Below, in pieces: positions 1-10,293 of a stretch of 64,000 bases of DNA. The notes under the pieces were generated by a model that was given only the letters and a program-made list of their open reading frames with translations, was not told the origin of the DNA and made no database searches. The position numbers and the translations under genes were made by a program. The stretch is from Minisyncoccota bacterium (GTDB lineage Bacteria > Patescibacteriota > Minisyncoccia > UBA6257 > JAGOQP01), in NCBI GenBank assembly GCA_041661795.1, contig JBAZTS010000003.1, positions 3,939 through 67,938 on the forward strand. The letters are read 5' to 3'. Each line of letters begins with the position of its first letter. The first letter of the stretch is position 1.

Positions 1-1
1 G

Positions 2-1996
2 GCCCTAGCTATTTTACTGATTTTAGCCGAATTTAAAACAGCAGGTAGAGCCGGAGGAGCTATATTTAATTTTCTCTTTGGACTGTTTGGTTGGGGATAT
101 TCGCTTTTGCCATTAACTTTTTTGGGTATCAGCGCCAGTTTTATTTTTAATCGCAAAGAATCTAAGATTTACAAAACAACTTTCTGGGGAGCGATTATTT
201 TTCTTTTTTCTTCTTTGGGATTTATTGATGTCGTTTTTAATCAAAAAGGAGGAAGTTTAGGAAATATAGCCGGATATCTTAAAAATTGGTTTGGCGATAT
301 AGCTTGGGGGATTATTGCATTTATAATTGCCATTATTGGAATTATTTTAATTTCTGACCAACCCATAATATTTAGAAAAAAAGATAAAAACGAAGAAGAA
401 ATTGAGATTGAAGAAGTGAATATTAAAATAGCCAAAAATCAAGAAGTTTTAACAAGCAATAAGGAAGAGAACAGAGAAGAAGAACAGGAAGAAAAAGAAA
501 CAAAAATTAATATTCCAATTTTTGGAAAAAAGAACGGACAAGAAAAAGGAGTTGTGAAAAAGTTTTCCGATTATAAAGCTCCGCCCATGGAACTTTTAAG
601 ATCGTCTCTGGAGAAACCGGGGGCCGGGGATTTAAGAGCTAATGCCAATATTATCAAAAGAACATTAGAAGGATTTGGAATTCCCGTGGAAATGGGAGAG
701 ATAAATATAGGCCCTAAAGTTACCCGCTACACTTTGCGTCCGGCAGAGGGAATAAAATTATCAAGAATTACCGCCTTAAATCAAGATCTTTCCCTGGCTC
801 TATCGGCCCATCCGATAAGGATTGAAGCCCCGATTCCAGGAAAACCCTATGTTGGAATAGAGGTTCCCAACAAAAGCGCCGCCGTGGTACGACTTGGAAA
901 TCTTATTTCTTATCCTGAATTTGCGGGAAGTGGAATTTTAGGATTCTGTTTAGGAAGAGATGTCACGGGAGAACCTATTTTTGCAAATATAGAAAAAATG
1001 CCTCACTTACTCGTGGCAGGAGCGACAGGGTCAGGAAAATCAATAACCCTACATTCAATATTAATATCACTTCTTTACAAAAATTCACCACAAACATTAA
1101 AACTACTTTTAATCGACCCAAAAAGAGTAGAACTTTCGGTTTACAACGGCCTTCCTCATTTAATTTCCCCGGTAATCACTCAAGGGAAAAAGGCCTTGGG
1201 GGTTTTTAGATGGGCTTTGGCCGAAATGGACAAAAGATATGAAACTTTACTTAAAGCCGGAGCTAGAGATATTCAAAGCTACAATAAAAAAAACGAACAA
1301 GATGCCTTGCCTTATATAATTATAGTGGTTGATGAAATGGCGGATCTCATGACTTCTTATGGACGAGATGTGGAAAATGCAATCGTTCGTTTAGCTCAAA
1401 TGGCTAGAGCCACCGGAATTCATTTAATTCTTTCCACTCAAAGACCGTCAGTTGAAGTAATTACCGGTCTTATCAAAGCTAACATTACCTCAAGAGTTGC
1501 TTTACAGGTTGCTAGTCAAATTGATTCAAGAACAATTTTAGATACCGGCGGCGCAGAAAAACTCCTAGGTGGAGGAGATTTATTATTTGTATCGGCGGAA
1601 CTTTCTAAACCAAGAAGAATTCAGGGTTCATACATTTCAGAAGAAGAGATAAAAAAAGTCACCGACTTTATCAAAGATAATAACGAAGATTATACAAGCG
1701 ACGAAGAAGTTTCTTTTAGTCAAGAAAACTTGGAAAATGGGACCGGACAAGAAGGTGGCCGAGGAAAAGATATGTTTGAAGAGTTTGAAGAAAATCAGGA
1801 TGATGATGAGCTTTTACAAGAAGCCATGGAAACCGTAAAACAAGCCAAAAAGGCATCTGCTTCTCTACTCCAGAGACGTCTTAAGGTTGGCTATGCCAGA
1901 GCAGCTCGACTTCTGGATATTATGGAAGACAAGGGTATAATAGGCCCAGGAGACGGCGCCAAACCAAGAGAAGTATATATCTCAAAAGAAGAATAG
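2..1996 (+). CDS. ftsK: DNA translocase FtsK/SpoIIIE (5'-partial: frame is open to the window edge; the ORF-track start at 107 is a TTG)
   Basis: Walker A GATGSGKS, Walker B VVDEMADLM, C-terminal gamma winged-helix (LLQRRLKVGYARAARLLDIMEDKGII). The upstream in-frame hydrophobic segment is continuous with an N-terminal membrane domain. Confidence 0.85.
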   Translation, partial: ALAILLILAEFKTAGRAGGAIFNFLFGLFGWGYSLLPLTFLGISASFIFNRKESKIYKTTFWGAIIFLFSSLGFIDVVFNQKGGSLGNIAGYLKNWFGDIAWGIIAFIIAIIGIILISDQPIIFRKKDKNEEEIEIEEVNIKIAKNQEVLTSNKEENREEEQEEKETKINIPIFGKKNGQEKGVVKKFSDYKAPPMELLRSSLEKPGAGDLRANANIIKRTLEGFGIPVEMGEINIGPKVTRYTLRPAEGIKLSRITALNQDLSLALSAHPIRIEAPIPGKPYVGIEVPNKSAAVVRLGNLISYPEFAGSGILGFCLGRDVTGEPIFANIEKMPHLLVAGATGSGKSITLHSILISLLYKNSPQTLKLLLIDPKRVELSVYNGLPHLISPVITQGKKALGVFRWALAEMDKRYETLLKAGARDIQSYNKKNEQDALPYIIIVVDEMADLMTSYGRDVENAIVRLAQMARATGIHLILSTQRPSVEVITGLIKANITSRVALQVASQIDSRTILDTGGAEKLLGGGDLLFVSAELSKPRRIQGSYISEEEIKKVTDFIKDNNEDYTSDEEVSFSQENLENGTGQEGGRGKDMFEEFEENQDDDELLQEAMETVKQAKKASASLLQRRLKVGYARAARLLDIMEDKGIIGPGDGAKPREVYISKEE

Positions 1997-2013
1997 TTTG
2001 TATATAATAACCC

Positions 2014-2667
2014 ATGGAAATAAAAAGCTTACGAGAGATAATAAAAGGAGGAATTAAAGCCAAAGGAATAACTCCTCAAAAATTGACGGAGCTAACCGAT
2101 ATCGCCCCTATTTACATAAAATCTTTATTGGAGGGAAATCTTGAAAATATGCCCGCCCTTCCTTATGTTAGGGGTTATATGGAAAAAATTGCCGATGTGT
2201 TGGATTTGGATTTTAGAGAAATTTGGGAACAATACAGAAAAGAAACAGAAATCAAAAAATCTGGAGAAAAGGACCTGCTTCCTAATAACCGTTATGCGAC
2301 AAAACCGATAAATAAAAAAAGTATTTTTTGGATAGTTTTGGTTTTAGTGGTTGTTTCTTTATTAATACCACAGATATCAAGTTTTTTAGGATCTCCTTAT
2401 ATTGAAGTAACTTCACCAAAAGAAAATAATATTATCGTGGAGCAAAACACTTATTTATTGAGAGGCAAAGTGAGTAATTCTCGCGACAAAGTGACTATCG
2501 GCGATGAAGAAATAGTTGTTTTCCCAGATGGAACTTTTGAAAAAGAGGTTTTATTAAATGATAAGATAAACACATTTGAATTCAGAGCTAAAAGATTTTT
2601 AGGAAAAACTTCCTTGGTCTCAAGAATAATTATTTATCAACCACTAGAAATCACCCCAATATTATAA
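2014..2667 (+). CDS. RodZ-like HTH domain membrane protein
   Basis: N-terminal HTH with the LPYVRGYMEKIA motif typical of RodZ, a single TM helix, and an extracytoplasmic C-terminal domain. Confidence 0.5.
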   Translation: MEIKSLREIIKGGIKAKGITPQKLTELTDIAPIYIKSLLEGNLENMPALPYVRGYMEKIADVLDLDFREIWEQYRKETEIKKSGEKDLLPNNRYATKPINKKSIFWIVLVLVVVSLLIPQISSFLGSPYIEVTSPKENNIIVEQNTYLLRGKVSNSRDKVTIGDEEIVVFPDGTFEKEVLLNDKINTFEFRAKRFLGKTSLVSRIIIYQPLEITPIL

Positions 2668-2697
2668 AAATTATTATTAAACTTTTATTAAAATAAA

Positions 2698-3729
2698 ATG
2701 ACTAAACCAGAAAAAAAAGAAAAGGATAAATCAGGAGAACTAGATGACCTAATTGAATCGCTCCAAAGTAAATTTGGAGAGGGTTCAGTGATGAAATTGG
2801 ACGACAGAAGAAAAGCAATGAAAGTTGAAGTTGTCCCCACCGGGTCTTTCTCTTTAGATTTAGCTTTAGGAGTTGGCGGTCTTCCCAAGGGAAGGATTGT
2901 GGAAATTTTTGGTCCTGAGATGTCTGGAAAAACCACCCTGGCTTTATCGATTATTGCCCAATCTCAAAAAAGAGGAGGAAGATGCGCATTTATTGATGCC
3001 GAACATGCTTTAGATCCAGAATATGCCAAAAGAATCGGAGTTAAAACATCAGAGCTATTAATATCACAACCCGACAGCGGAGAAGAGGCGTTACAAATTT
3101 TAGAAAATATGGTCCATTCCGGACTTATAGAAATAGCCGTGATTGACTCGGTGGCCGCTTTAACACCAAGGGCTGAAATTGAGGGAGAAATAGGAGATCA
3201 GCACATTGGCCTTCAGGCCAGATTAATGTCTCAGGCATTAAGAAAACTAACTTCCATAGCTTCCAAAGCCGGCACAACTATAATTTTTATAAACCAGATA
3301 AGATCTCAAATAGGAACCGTTATGTGGGGGAATCCAGAAACAACTCCTGGAGGAAGAGCTTTAAAGTTTTATGCTTCGGTAAGAATTGATGTTAGAAGAA
3401 TAGCCCAGATTAAAAAGGGTGAGGAAGTAATCGGAAACAGAACTAAAGCCAAAGTGGTTAAAAATAAAGTAGCCGCTCCTTTTAGGTTTGCCGAGTTTGA
3501 TATCTTATATGGACAGGGAATTTCTTATGAAAATGACATAATCGCCACCGCGTTAAAACAAGGAGTGGTCACTAAATCTGGAAATACTTATTCTTTCAAT
3601 GGAGAAAAATTGGGAGTAGGAATGGAAGGAACTGGACAAAAATTAAAAGAAGACCAAAAACTCTTAAAAGATATAGAAAATCGGCTTAAAACGGCAATAG
3701 AATCAGCGATAATAGAACCAGGAGAATAA
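2698..3729 (+). CDS. recA: Recombinase RecA
   Basis: [13 protein letters not shown]-loop, and the [14 protein letters not shown] and LIFINQIR motifs; size is canonical. Confidence 0.95.
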   Translation: MTKPEKKEKDKSGELDDLIESLQSKFGEGSVMKLDDRRKAMKVEVVPTGSFSLDLALGVGGLPKGRIVEIFGPEMSGKTTLALSIIAQSQKRGGRCAFIDAEHALDPEYAKRIGVKTSELLISQPDSGEEALQILENMVHSGLIEIAVIDSVAALTPRAEIEGEIGDQHIGLQARLMSQALRKLTSIASKAGTTIIFINQIRSQIGTVMWGNPETTPGGRALKFYASVRIDVRRIAQIKKGEEVIGNRTKAKVVKNKVAAPFRFAEFDILYGQGISYENDIIATALKQGVVTKSGNTYSFNGEKLGVGMEGTGQKLKEDQKLLKDIENRLKTAIESAIIEPGE

Positions 3730-3753
3730 TTTTAAACTAATCAACGGTTATTA

Positions 3754-4722
3754 CTAGTTGTTAGTTAGCTTACTTTGTATATAATCCCTAATAGCGGTGT
3801 AGTTTTCAAATCCAGCCGATGGAATTAGAGCTGAAACGTAAGTAGTTGTAGCTCCAAATTGCAGTGGAATATTTTCTGTTTTTAAAAGTTTGGTGGAAAA
3901 ATCAAGAACCACACTTTCTAAAGTTATATTATCTAAAGAACTATCAAATATATAAGGGGTTATTTTTGACACATCTATACTGGAATTTTTAAGAACCTGC
4001 GAACTAAAAACAAAAGTTTTAACGAATTCTGACTTTTTATCTTTGTCTAAGTTTTTAAATTTCTCCAAAAGACCCTTAATTATTTCCTGTTGGTTTTTTT
4101 CTCTAAAAAAATCACCTTCTTTGTTGTAGCGATTCCTAATAAGCCAAATTGCATATTCCCCATCAAGATGATGAGCTCCTTTTTCTAATGTAAAACCACT
4201 TACCCAGTCAACCGCCGCTTCGTTTAGAACAACGTCTACGCCCCCAAGAAAATCAATGGCTTTAGAAACGGTGTTTAAATCAATAATCACAAATCCATCC
4301 GGATTTAATCCCGTAATCGTTTTCATTTTATCCAACACTTGAGGAATCTTTTTTTTGTAAATCACCTCGTTAATCTTGAACTGTTCTTTTCCATCGGCAA
4401 TCCAAAGGTCTCTTGGTATGGAAATTAGATAGGCCTTTTGGCTATCTGGATTATAATGGGCCAACATAATAGTGTCGGATAATTCCCCGGCATTATATTC
4501 CAGTCCTGGTTTTCCAAAAATCAAAACCGTTATTGGTTGTGTTTTAAAAATATTTTTAAAAAAATCAGAAACGTCTTGAATTCCTAAAGTACTTCTATCC
4601 TCGTCTCCCCAAGAAAGATTTCTTGAGGGTAATTTAAAAATAAGATTATAAACAAGGAACAGAAGAATAATGGCACCAACAACAAAGAGAGCGGTTTTAA
4701 GTAAAAATTTAATGATTGGCAT
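3754..4722 (-). CDS. LytR-CpsA-Psr (LCP) family cell-envelope phosphotransferase
   Basis: N-terminal TM anchor. LCP core: FGKPGLEYNAGELSDTIMLAHYNPDSQKAYLISIPRDLW. Confidence 0.7.
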   Translation of the reverse strand: MPIIKFLLKTALFVVGAIILLFLVYNLIFKLPSRNLSWGDEDRSTLGIQDVSDFFKNIFKTQPITVLIFGKPGLEYNAGELSDTIMLAHYNPDSQKAYLISIPRDLWIADGKEQFKINEVIYKKKIPQVLDKMKTITGLNPDGFVIIDLNTVSKAIDFLGGVDVVLNEAAVDWVSGFTLEKGAHHLDGEYAIWLIRNRYNKEGDFFREKNQQEIIKGLLEKFKNLDKDKKSEFVKTFVFSSQVLKNSSIDVSKITPYIFDSSLDNITLESVVLDFSTKLLKTENIPLQFGATTTYVSALIPSAGFENYTAIRDYIQSKLTNN

Positions 4723-5561
4723 TATTTATTTAGAGTATAAAAATTTTTAAACAGACAAGCCACTAAAATTGGCCCCGTTCCTCCCGGAGTGGGAGTAAAA
4801 AAAGAAAGAAAATCATCGCCATTTTCATTTAAAGATTCAATATCAAAATCTCCTCCCATTTTACCCGTTTTTTCATTTATTCCGTATCCAAAGTCAATAA
4901 CCGCTGATCCTTTTTTGAGCATACTAGTTTTAACCAATCCTGCTTTTCCTGTTCCCAGGACAACTAGATCGGCGTTTTTTAAAGAATCTAAATTACATCC
5001 TTCTGACATGGAGCAAACTTCAGGAACTTCTTCTAAAAACCAATTAGTGACCGGGCGACCAACTAAAAACCCCTGCCCTAAAACCGCTACCTCTCTAAAA
5101 GAATTTCTTTTTAAGTTTAAACTTTTTAACACCTCATCTATAACCGCAACCGTAGGAGGTAAAACAATAGATCTGTTGTGATAAAAAGCCCCAACAGCTC
5201 TTTCTGACATCGCCTCTATGTCTTTTTGAGAAGGAATAACATTGATCGCATAGAAGGGGTTTAGAGTATTAGGAAGAGGAAGTTGTAAAATAGCTCCCCC
5301 GCATTGGCTGGACAAAACCACCTGTCTTATTTTTTCCCTTAAATCATCGTTGGAAATATTTTCATCGTATTGATACAAACGAAAATCCACCCCAAGCTCT
5401 TTGGCTATTTTTTCTTTTTGAGCGATAAAACTGACGGAAGCCGGATCTTTTCCAACCAAAAACACCGCCAAAAATTTTTTGGGTACTGTTTTTGTTTTAA
5501 GCTCGTCTAAAATATTTTTAGCTATTTGTTTTCCATCTATTTTAATCATATTTTTTGACAA
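4722..5561 (-). CDS. folD: Bifunctional methylene-THF dehydrogenase/cyclohydrolase FolD
   Basis: LVGKDPAS, ILQLPLP, DLVVLGTGKAGLV and TPTPGGTGPI motifs. Confidence 0.85.
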   Translation of the reverse strand: MSKNMIKIDGKQIAKNILDELKTKTVPKKFLAVFLVGKDPASVSFIAQKEKIAKELGVDFRLYQYDENISNDDLREKIRQVVLSSQCGGAILQLPLPNTLNPFYAINVIPSQKDIEAMSERAVGAFYHNRSIVLPPTVAVIDEVLKSLNLKRNSFREVAVLGQGFLVGRPVTNWFLEEVPEVCSMSEGCNLDSLKNADLVVLGTGKAGLVKTSMLKKGSAVIDFGYGINEKTGKMGGDFDIESLNENGDDFLSFFTPTPGGTGPILVACLFKNFYTLNK

Positions 5562-6792
5562 CCAAAATATTGTGTAATTCTTTAGCTAATTTCTTCATAT
5601 CTTTTTCTTTCATTCCTCTTGAGGTAACTGCATAAGTTCCGATTCGTATGGCTGATGGCTTAAAGGGAGAGGTGTCTCCAAAAATTGTGTTGCGGTTGGC
5701 TAAAATTCCATTTTTTTCCAGCATTTTTTCCGCCTCAAACCCGTTTATACCTAAACCAGATACATCTATCAGGAACATGTGACAATCAGTTCCTCCACCA
5801 ACTATATCCCAGCCCAAGGCTGGTCCGCCTCGGGCGGAAAACCCTAATTTTTTCATTTCATCACAAAGAGTTTTAGCGTTTTTTACAACTTGCTTATAGT
5901 AATTTTTGTTTTTCGTCGTAAGCAAAAGTCCATGGGCAATGGCGGCAATTGTGTTGTTATGAGGTCCGCCTTGGAGACCGGGGAATATCGCTTTATCAAC
6001 TAATATTGGTAAATCAATATTTTCTTTTTTTATATAAATTAAAGCTGCTCTCGGACCAAAAAGTGATTTATGAGTTGTAGTCATAACAAAATCAGAATAT
6101 TTAAAAGGAGACGGGTAAAATCCGGCTGAAATTAATCCGGCATAGTGAGAAATATCAGCCAGATGATAAGCCCCTACTTTTTTGGCAATTTCTCCTATCT
6201 TTTTGAAGTTTATTTTTTTAGGATAGGCCGAGGCCCCAGAGACAATAATTTTGGGCTTATGTTTTTTTGCTAATTTTTCTAATTCTTTATAATCAATGTC
6301 ATAATTTTTATCAACGCCGTAATGAACAACGTTAAAAAGTTTTCCAGTAAAACTAACTTTGGAACCATGAGAAAGGTGTCCTCCGGCGGTCAAATCCATA
6401 GAAAGGATTGTTTCGCCTGGTTTTAGAACAGAAAGATAAATAGCCAAGTTAGCAATAGCTCCCGAATAGGCCTGGACATTCACATGCCATTTGTTTTTAT
6501 CTAATTTAAATACCTTTAAGGCCCTATCTTTAGCCAACTCTTCTATTTTGTCATAGTAAACATTCCCAGGATAATATCTTTTTCCGGAATATCCTTCCGA
6601 GTATTTATTGGTCAATTCCGACCCAAGCAACTCCAAAACACCTTGGGGAGCCAAATTTTCTGAAGCAATTAAATCAATGTCTTCTTTTTGTCTTTTTACT
6701 TCCTTGTCAGCTAGGTCAAAAAGAGTTTTGTCTGTCTTTTTTAACTTTTTAAGCATTAAACAATAATAATCCAAAAAGACCGCTTTGAGCAA
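5542..6792 (-). CDS. glyA: Serine hydroxymethyltransferase
   Basis: PLP-lysine region TTTHKSLFGPRAAL, conserved N-terminal SENLAP. Adjacent to folD (one-carbon unit pair). Confidence 0.9.
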   Translation of the reverse strand: MLKAVFLDYYCLMLKKLKKTDKTLFDLADKEVKRQKEDIDLIASENLAPQGVLELLGSELTNKYSEGYSGKRYYPGNVYYDKIEELAKDRALKVFKLDKNKWHVNVQAYSGAIANLAIYLSVLKPGETILSMDLTAGGHLSHGSKVSFTGKLFNVVHYGVDKNYDIDYKELEKLAKKHKPKIIVSGASAYPKKINFKKIGEIAKKVGAYHLADISHYAGLISAGFYPSPFKYSDFVMTTTHKSLFGPRAALIYIKKENIDLPILVDKAIFPGLQGGPHNNTIAAIAHGLLLTTKNKNYYKQVVKNAKTLCDEMKKLGFSARGGPALGWDIVGGGTDCHMFLIDVSGLGINGFEAEKMLEKNGILANRNTIFGDTSPFKPSAIRIGTYAVTSRGMKEKDMKKLAKELHNILVVKKYD

Positions 6793-6824
6793 GCTGGTTT
6801 GTTAAAATATTAAAATAACAAAAT

Positions 6825-8024
6825 TTAATTAAAATATTCCAGCTGGACATTATCTACCCATAAAGTTCCTTCCTCTCCGTCGTTTCCAAATAAATACAAA
6901 GAAGCGTCATGATTGTCCACTTCCCAATCGGAAGTAACTGTAAATTCATGGGTAATCTTTTCCCAGTCCTTTTTATTTGGAATGGTTTTACTAACAATGG
7001 CCGTGTCAAAAACATAGGCGCCTTGAGAGTTGGACCAGTGATAAATTCCAAATCTGGCGGTTTTGTTTTTATTATCAACTTTAGCCATAAATTTTACCCT
7101 AACAGCCGTGCCCGGCTTCCAACTATGAGTTAGTCCAAGATTTTGCCATGTTTGATAAATTTCTTGGAGACGATGAGGATATCCGTATTGAGTATTTTTG
7201 TCTATAAATTCTATACAAGGAGAATTTCCTATGCCACAAGGGTCAAAAACATGCCCATGATATCCAACCGAAGGACTAGGAACAGAGGGATTGTATCCGA
7301 AAGAAAATCCTCTACTTGGCTTGTGATCACCGTTCAAATTAACATCCCATCCAGGATTATATGATTCCGAAATGTGATTGATGTTTGTATTATCTACTAT
7401 GTTTCCGGAAATATCATCTTTAAAATCGTCGCTTTTTTCTTCATAGGAATAATCATCGTCTCCATCATCGGTTGATGTTTTATCTTTATCTCCGCCTAGG
7501 GTATATTCGTTACTCTCAAGGTTATTGGCAGCAACATAGAAATTGTTACTGTCGTCTACCGAATAAAGATAGTAGCTCTCGGAAGCGACGTCATTAACCG
7601 GATCGGTTGGTAAAATATTTATGGATATTGAGCCGGCCAATTTGGTGAAATCAACAGGCACCCATCCGGTTCCATCAACATTAAAAATATCTTCCTGAGA
7701 TATACAACGGTAAGACCATCCTAATGGAAGCTCGGGAAGATTTAGATTGTCGCAAGTAGGCGAAGAATCTGGAATTGAAGGATAAACGGTGTTGGGACTT
7801 CCCATAAGAACCGCCTGAGGACTAAATTTGGCTTTAGCAAGGTTAATTTCCAAGTTTTTAACATCCGATATTCTTTTAACATCCCGAGATTCGGCTAAAA
7901 ATTCGGCTGGATTGATAACAAATATTGCCGCTCCTCCCAAAAAAACCAATATTCCCATCACCACCAAAAGCTCTACAAGAGTTGTTGATTTCTTTTCTTT
8001 ATCTTCCTTGTTAGAATCTTTCAT
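6825..8024 (-). CDS. Large type IV pilin-like / pseudopilin protein
   Basis: N-terminal class-III-like signal: basic stretch, then TLVELLVVMGILVFL with Glu at +5. An acidic low-complexity stretch lies mid-protein and a large C-terminal domain follows. The -1 residue is Ser rather than Gly, so processing is uncertain. Confidence 0.45.
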   Translation of the reverse strand: MKDSNKEDKEKKSTTLVELLVVMGILVFLGGAAIFVINPAEFLAESRDVKRISDVKNLEINLAKAKFSPQAVLMGSPNTVYPSIPDSSPTCDNLNLPELPLGWSYRCISQEDIFNVDGTGWVPVDFTKLAGSISINILPTDPVNDVASESYYLYSVDDSNNFYVAANNLESNEYTLGGDKDKTSTDDGDDDYSYEEKSDDFKDDISGNIVDNTNINHISESYNPGWDVNLNGDHKPSRGFSFGYNPSVPSPSVGYHGHVFDPCGIGNSPCIEFIDKNTQYGYPHRLQEIYQTWQNLGLTHSWKPGTAVRVKFMAKVDNKNKTARFGIYHWSNSQGAYVFDTAIVSKTIPNKKDWEKITHEFTVTSDWEVDNHDASLYLFGNDGEEGTLWVDNVQLEYFN

Positions 8025-8031
8025 TTTTTAA

Positions 8032-8808
8032 TTATATCACACCAAACAAGTCGGTGGTATTTTTGAAAATTATTTTTTCTGTTTCTTCTAATGACATATT
8101 TTTTATCACAGAGATTGATTCCAAAACTTCTCCGACAAAAGACGGTTCGTTTCTTTCTTTGCGATGAGACAAAGGTGAAACGAATGGAGCGTCAGTTTCA
8201 ATTAATATATTTTCAATAGGAATATATTTTATAACTTCATCAAACTGACGGTTATAAGTAATTAATCCTCCAAATGTAAAAGAAAATCCCAAATTTAGAG
8301 CTTTTTTTGCCTCCTCTATCCCACCAGTGAAAAAATGAAAGATTCCAGCGTTTTTTAATAAAAAATCTTTATGATTTTCCAAAATTTCAAATGTTCCTGG
8401 GAAGGCCTCCCGACAATGAATAACTAATGGCTTTTTAATTTGGTCTGATAATTTTATGTGTTTTATAAAAAGTTCTTCCTGTATCACTCGATTATTTCTA
8501 TCCTCCTCCCTATAAAAATCCATCCCACACTCACCTATGCCAACAACCTTGTCATCGGCAGCCAGTTTTCCTATTTCATCAAATTTATCCAAATCCTTTT
8601 TGGCGTCAGTGGGATGGAGACCAACCGTAGCCCAAATTCCATCGTATTTATGCGCCAAATTAACCGCTTCTTGTGATGATTTCAAATCGGCTCCGGCATT
8701 TATCATTCCGATTTCTTTATCTAAGGCTCTTTTTATAACCCCTTCTCTATCTTTGTCATATTGCTCAAACTGAACGTGAGTATGGGCGTCTATTATTTTT
8801 AAATTCAT
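8032..8808 (-). CDS. tatD: TatD family metal-dependent hydrolase/DNase
   Basis: IDAHTHV N-terminal motif. Conserved metG-tatD adjacency. Confidence 0.8.
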   Translation of the reverse strand: MNLKIIDAHTHVQFEQYDKDREGVIKRALDKEIGMINAGADLKSSQEAVNLAHKYDGIWATVGLHPTDAKKDLDKFDEIGKLAADDKVVGIGECGMDFYREEDRNNRVIQEELFIKHIKLSDQIKKPLVIHCREAFPGTFEILENHKDFLLKNAGIFHFFTGGIEEAKKALNLGFSFTFGGLITYNRQFDEVIKYIPIENILIETDAPFVSPLSHRKERNEPSFVGEVLESISVIKNMSLEETEKIIFKNTTDLFGVI

Positions 8809-8813
8809 AATTA

Positions 8814-10280
8814 TTATTCCAATCGCGGAAATAAATTGGCTGCTTTTTTAACTTTGATAAATTTTCCTTTCAGAGAAACGCTTGAGGTAATCTTTTTGGA
8901 TGTATCCGGAAGAAAGGGGCCGACCAAAACCCCGATTGCGTTAAGAAGTATAAGTAGATTAAACAAAGTTTTTTCGTTTTTGATATTTCCATTTTCCTCA
9001 CTCCAGGGTTTTTGTTCGTTAACATAAGAATCGCCAACGGAAATCAGCGACCATATTTCTGATAAAGCATCATTAAACATAAAACCATCAAGCTGTTTGT
9101 CTATATTTTGCTGAACGGCTTTTATTCTCTGTTCTATAGAAAGTTCCATCAAAGAAAAATTATTGGGTATCTTTTTAAATTTTTCCGCCAGACCCAGAAC
9201 TCTTGCATAAAAATTACCAAGACCCTTAGCTAAATCCGAGTTGTATCTTTCCACAAATCTTTTTTGTGAATAATCCCCATCGTCAAAAGGAGAAATTTCT
9301 CTTAAAAAGTAATACCTAACGGGATCGGTTCCAAATTTATCAACTAAATCATTTGGTAGGATAACATTACCAAGGGATTTGGATATCTTTTGTCCTTCAA
9401 TGTTTATAAAACCGTGAATAAAAAGTTTTTGGGGTAATGGAAGTTTGGCCGAAATTAACATGGCCGGCCAGATAGCAACGTGAAACTTGGCCACGTCTTT
9501 TCCTAAAACCTGAACATCCGCCGGCCACCATTTTTCAAACTCTTTTTCGTCTCTACCATAACCAATAGCTGATATATAATTAGTTAAGGCATCAGCCCAA
9601 ACATATATAACTTGAGAGTCGTCTCCTGGAACTCTTATCCCCCAAGAAAGTTTTTCTTTGGGGCGAGAGAAGCTGACATCCTCCAACCCTTTGTCTATCA
9701 AGGAAAGAATTTCATTGGCCTTGCTTTGAGGAATAACTTTCATTTCGCCGCTTTCTATCTTACTTTTAATCGTTTTTCCGTAAGCAGAAAGACGAAAAAA
9801 ATAATTTTCTTCTTCAACCAACTCGGGTTCTTTTTGATGGATAATACACTTTCCTTCTTCTATGTCTTTGTCTGTTAAAAAGGTTTCGCACCCAGAACAG
9901 TAAAGCCCGCGATAAGTCCTTTTATAAATATCCTTGGCTTCTTCCAATTGTTTCCACATTTTAAAAACTCCGGGCCAATGTCTTTTTTTATCGGTTGTTC
10001 TGATAAAACCATCCCAAGAAAGGTTTAGTGTTTTTTTAAAATCCTTAGTAATTTTGCTAATTTTATCAACTAATTTTTTGGGGCTGATTTTTTCTTCCAA
10101 GGCCTTTTTTTGAATTTTAGTTCCATGCTCATCAGAACCGGTCAAAAAAAAGACCTCTTTGCCGTTGGCTCTGGCGTGCCTGGCTAAAACATCTGCTTGG
10201 ATAAATTCCAAAGTATTACCTATATGAGGAACACTGCTCATATAAGGTATGGTTGTTGTTATATAAAATTTTTCCCGCAT
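8814..10280 (-). CDS. metG: Methionine--tRNA ligase
   Basis: HIGN (PHIGNTLEF) and KISKS (KISKSLGN) class I signature motifs. CxxC zinc knuckle. Confidence 0.9.
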   Translation of the reverse strand: MREKFYITTTIPYMSSVPHIGNTLEFIQADVLARHARANGKEVFFLTGSDEHGTKIQKKALEEKISPKKLVDKISKITKDFKKTLNLSWDGFIRTTDKKRHWPGVFKMWKQLEEAKDIYKRTYRGLYCSGCETFLTDKDIEEGKCIIHQKEPELVEEENYFFRLSAYGKTIKSKIESGEMKVIPQSKANEILSLIDKGLEDVSFSRPKEKLSWGIRVPGDDSQVIYVWADALTNYISAIGYGRDEKEFEKWWPADVQVLGKDVAKFHVAIWPAMLISAKLPLPQKLFIHGFINIEGQKISKSLGNVILPNDLVDKFGTDPVRYYFLREISPFDDGDYSQKRFVERYNSDLAKGLGNFYARVLGLAEKFKKIPNNFSLMELSIEQRIKAVQQNIDKQLDGFMFNDALSEIWSLISVGDSYVNEQKPWSEENGNIKNEKTLFNLLILLNAIGVLVGPFLPDTSKKITSSVSLKGKFIKVKKAANLFPRLE

Positions 10281-10293
10281 AAATCGTGGGCCG

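Noticed and set aside
107-109. ORF-track start of ftsK at 107.
   Set aside because: The codon at 107 is TTG, and the same frame stays open and hydrophobic back to the window edge. The gene is therefore treated as 5'-partial rather than starting here.
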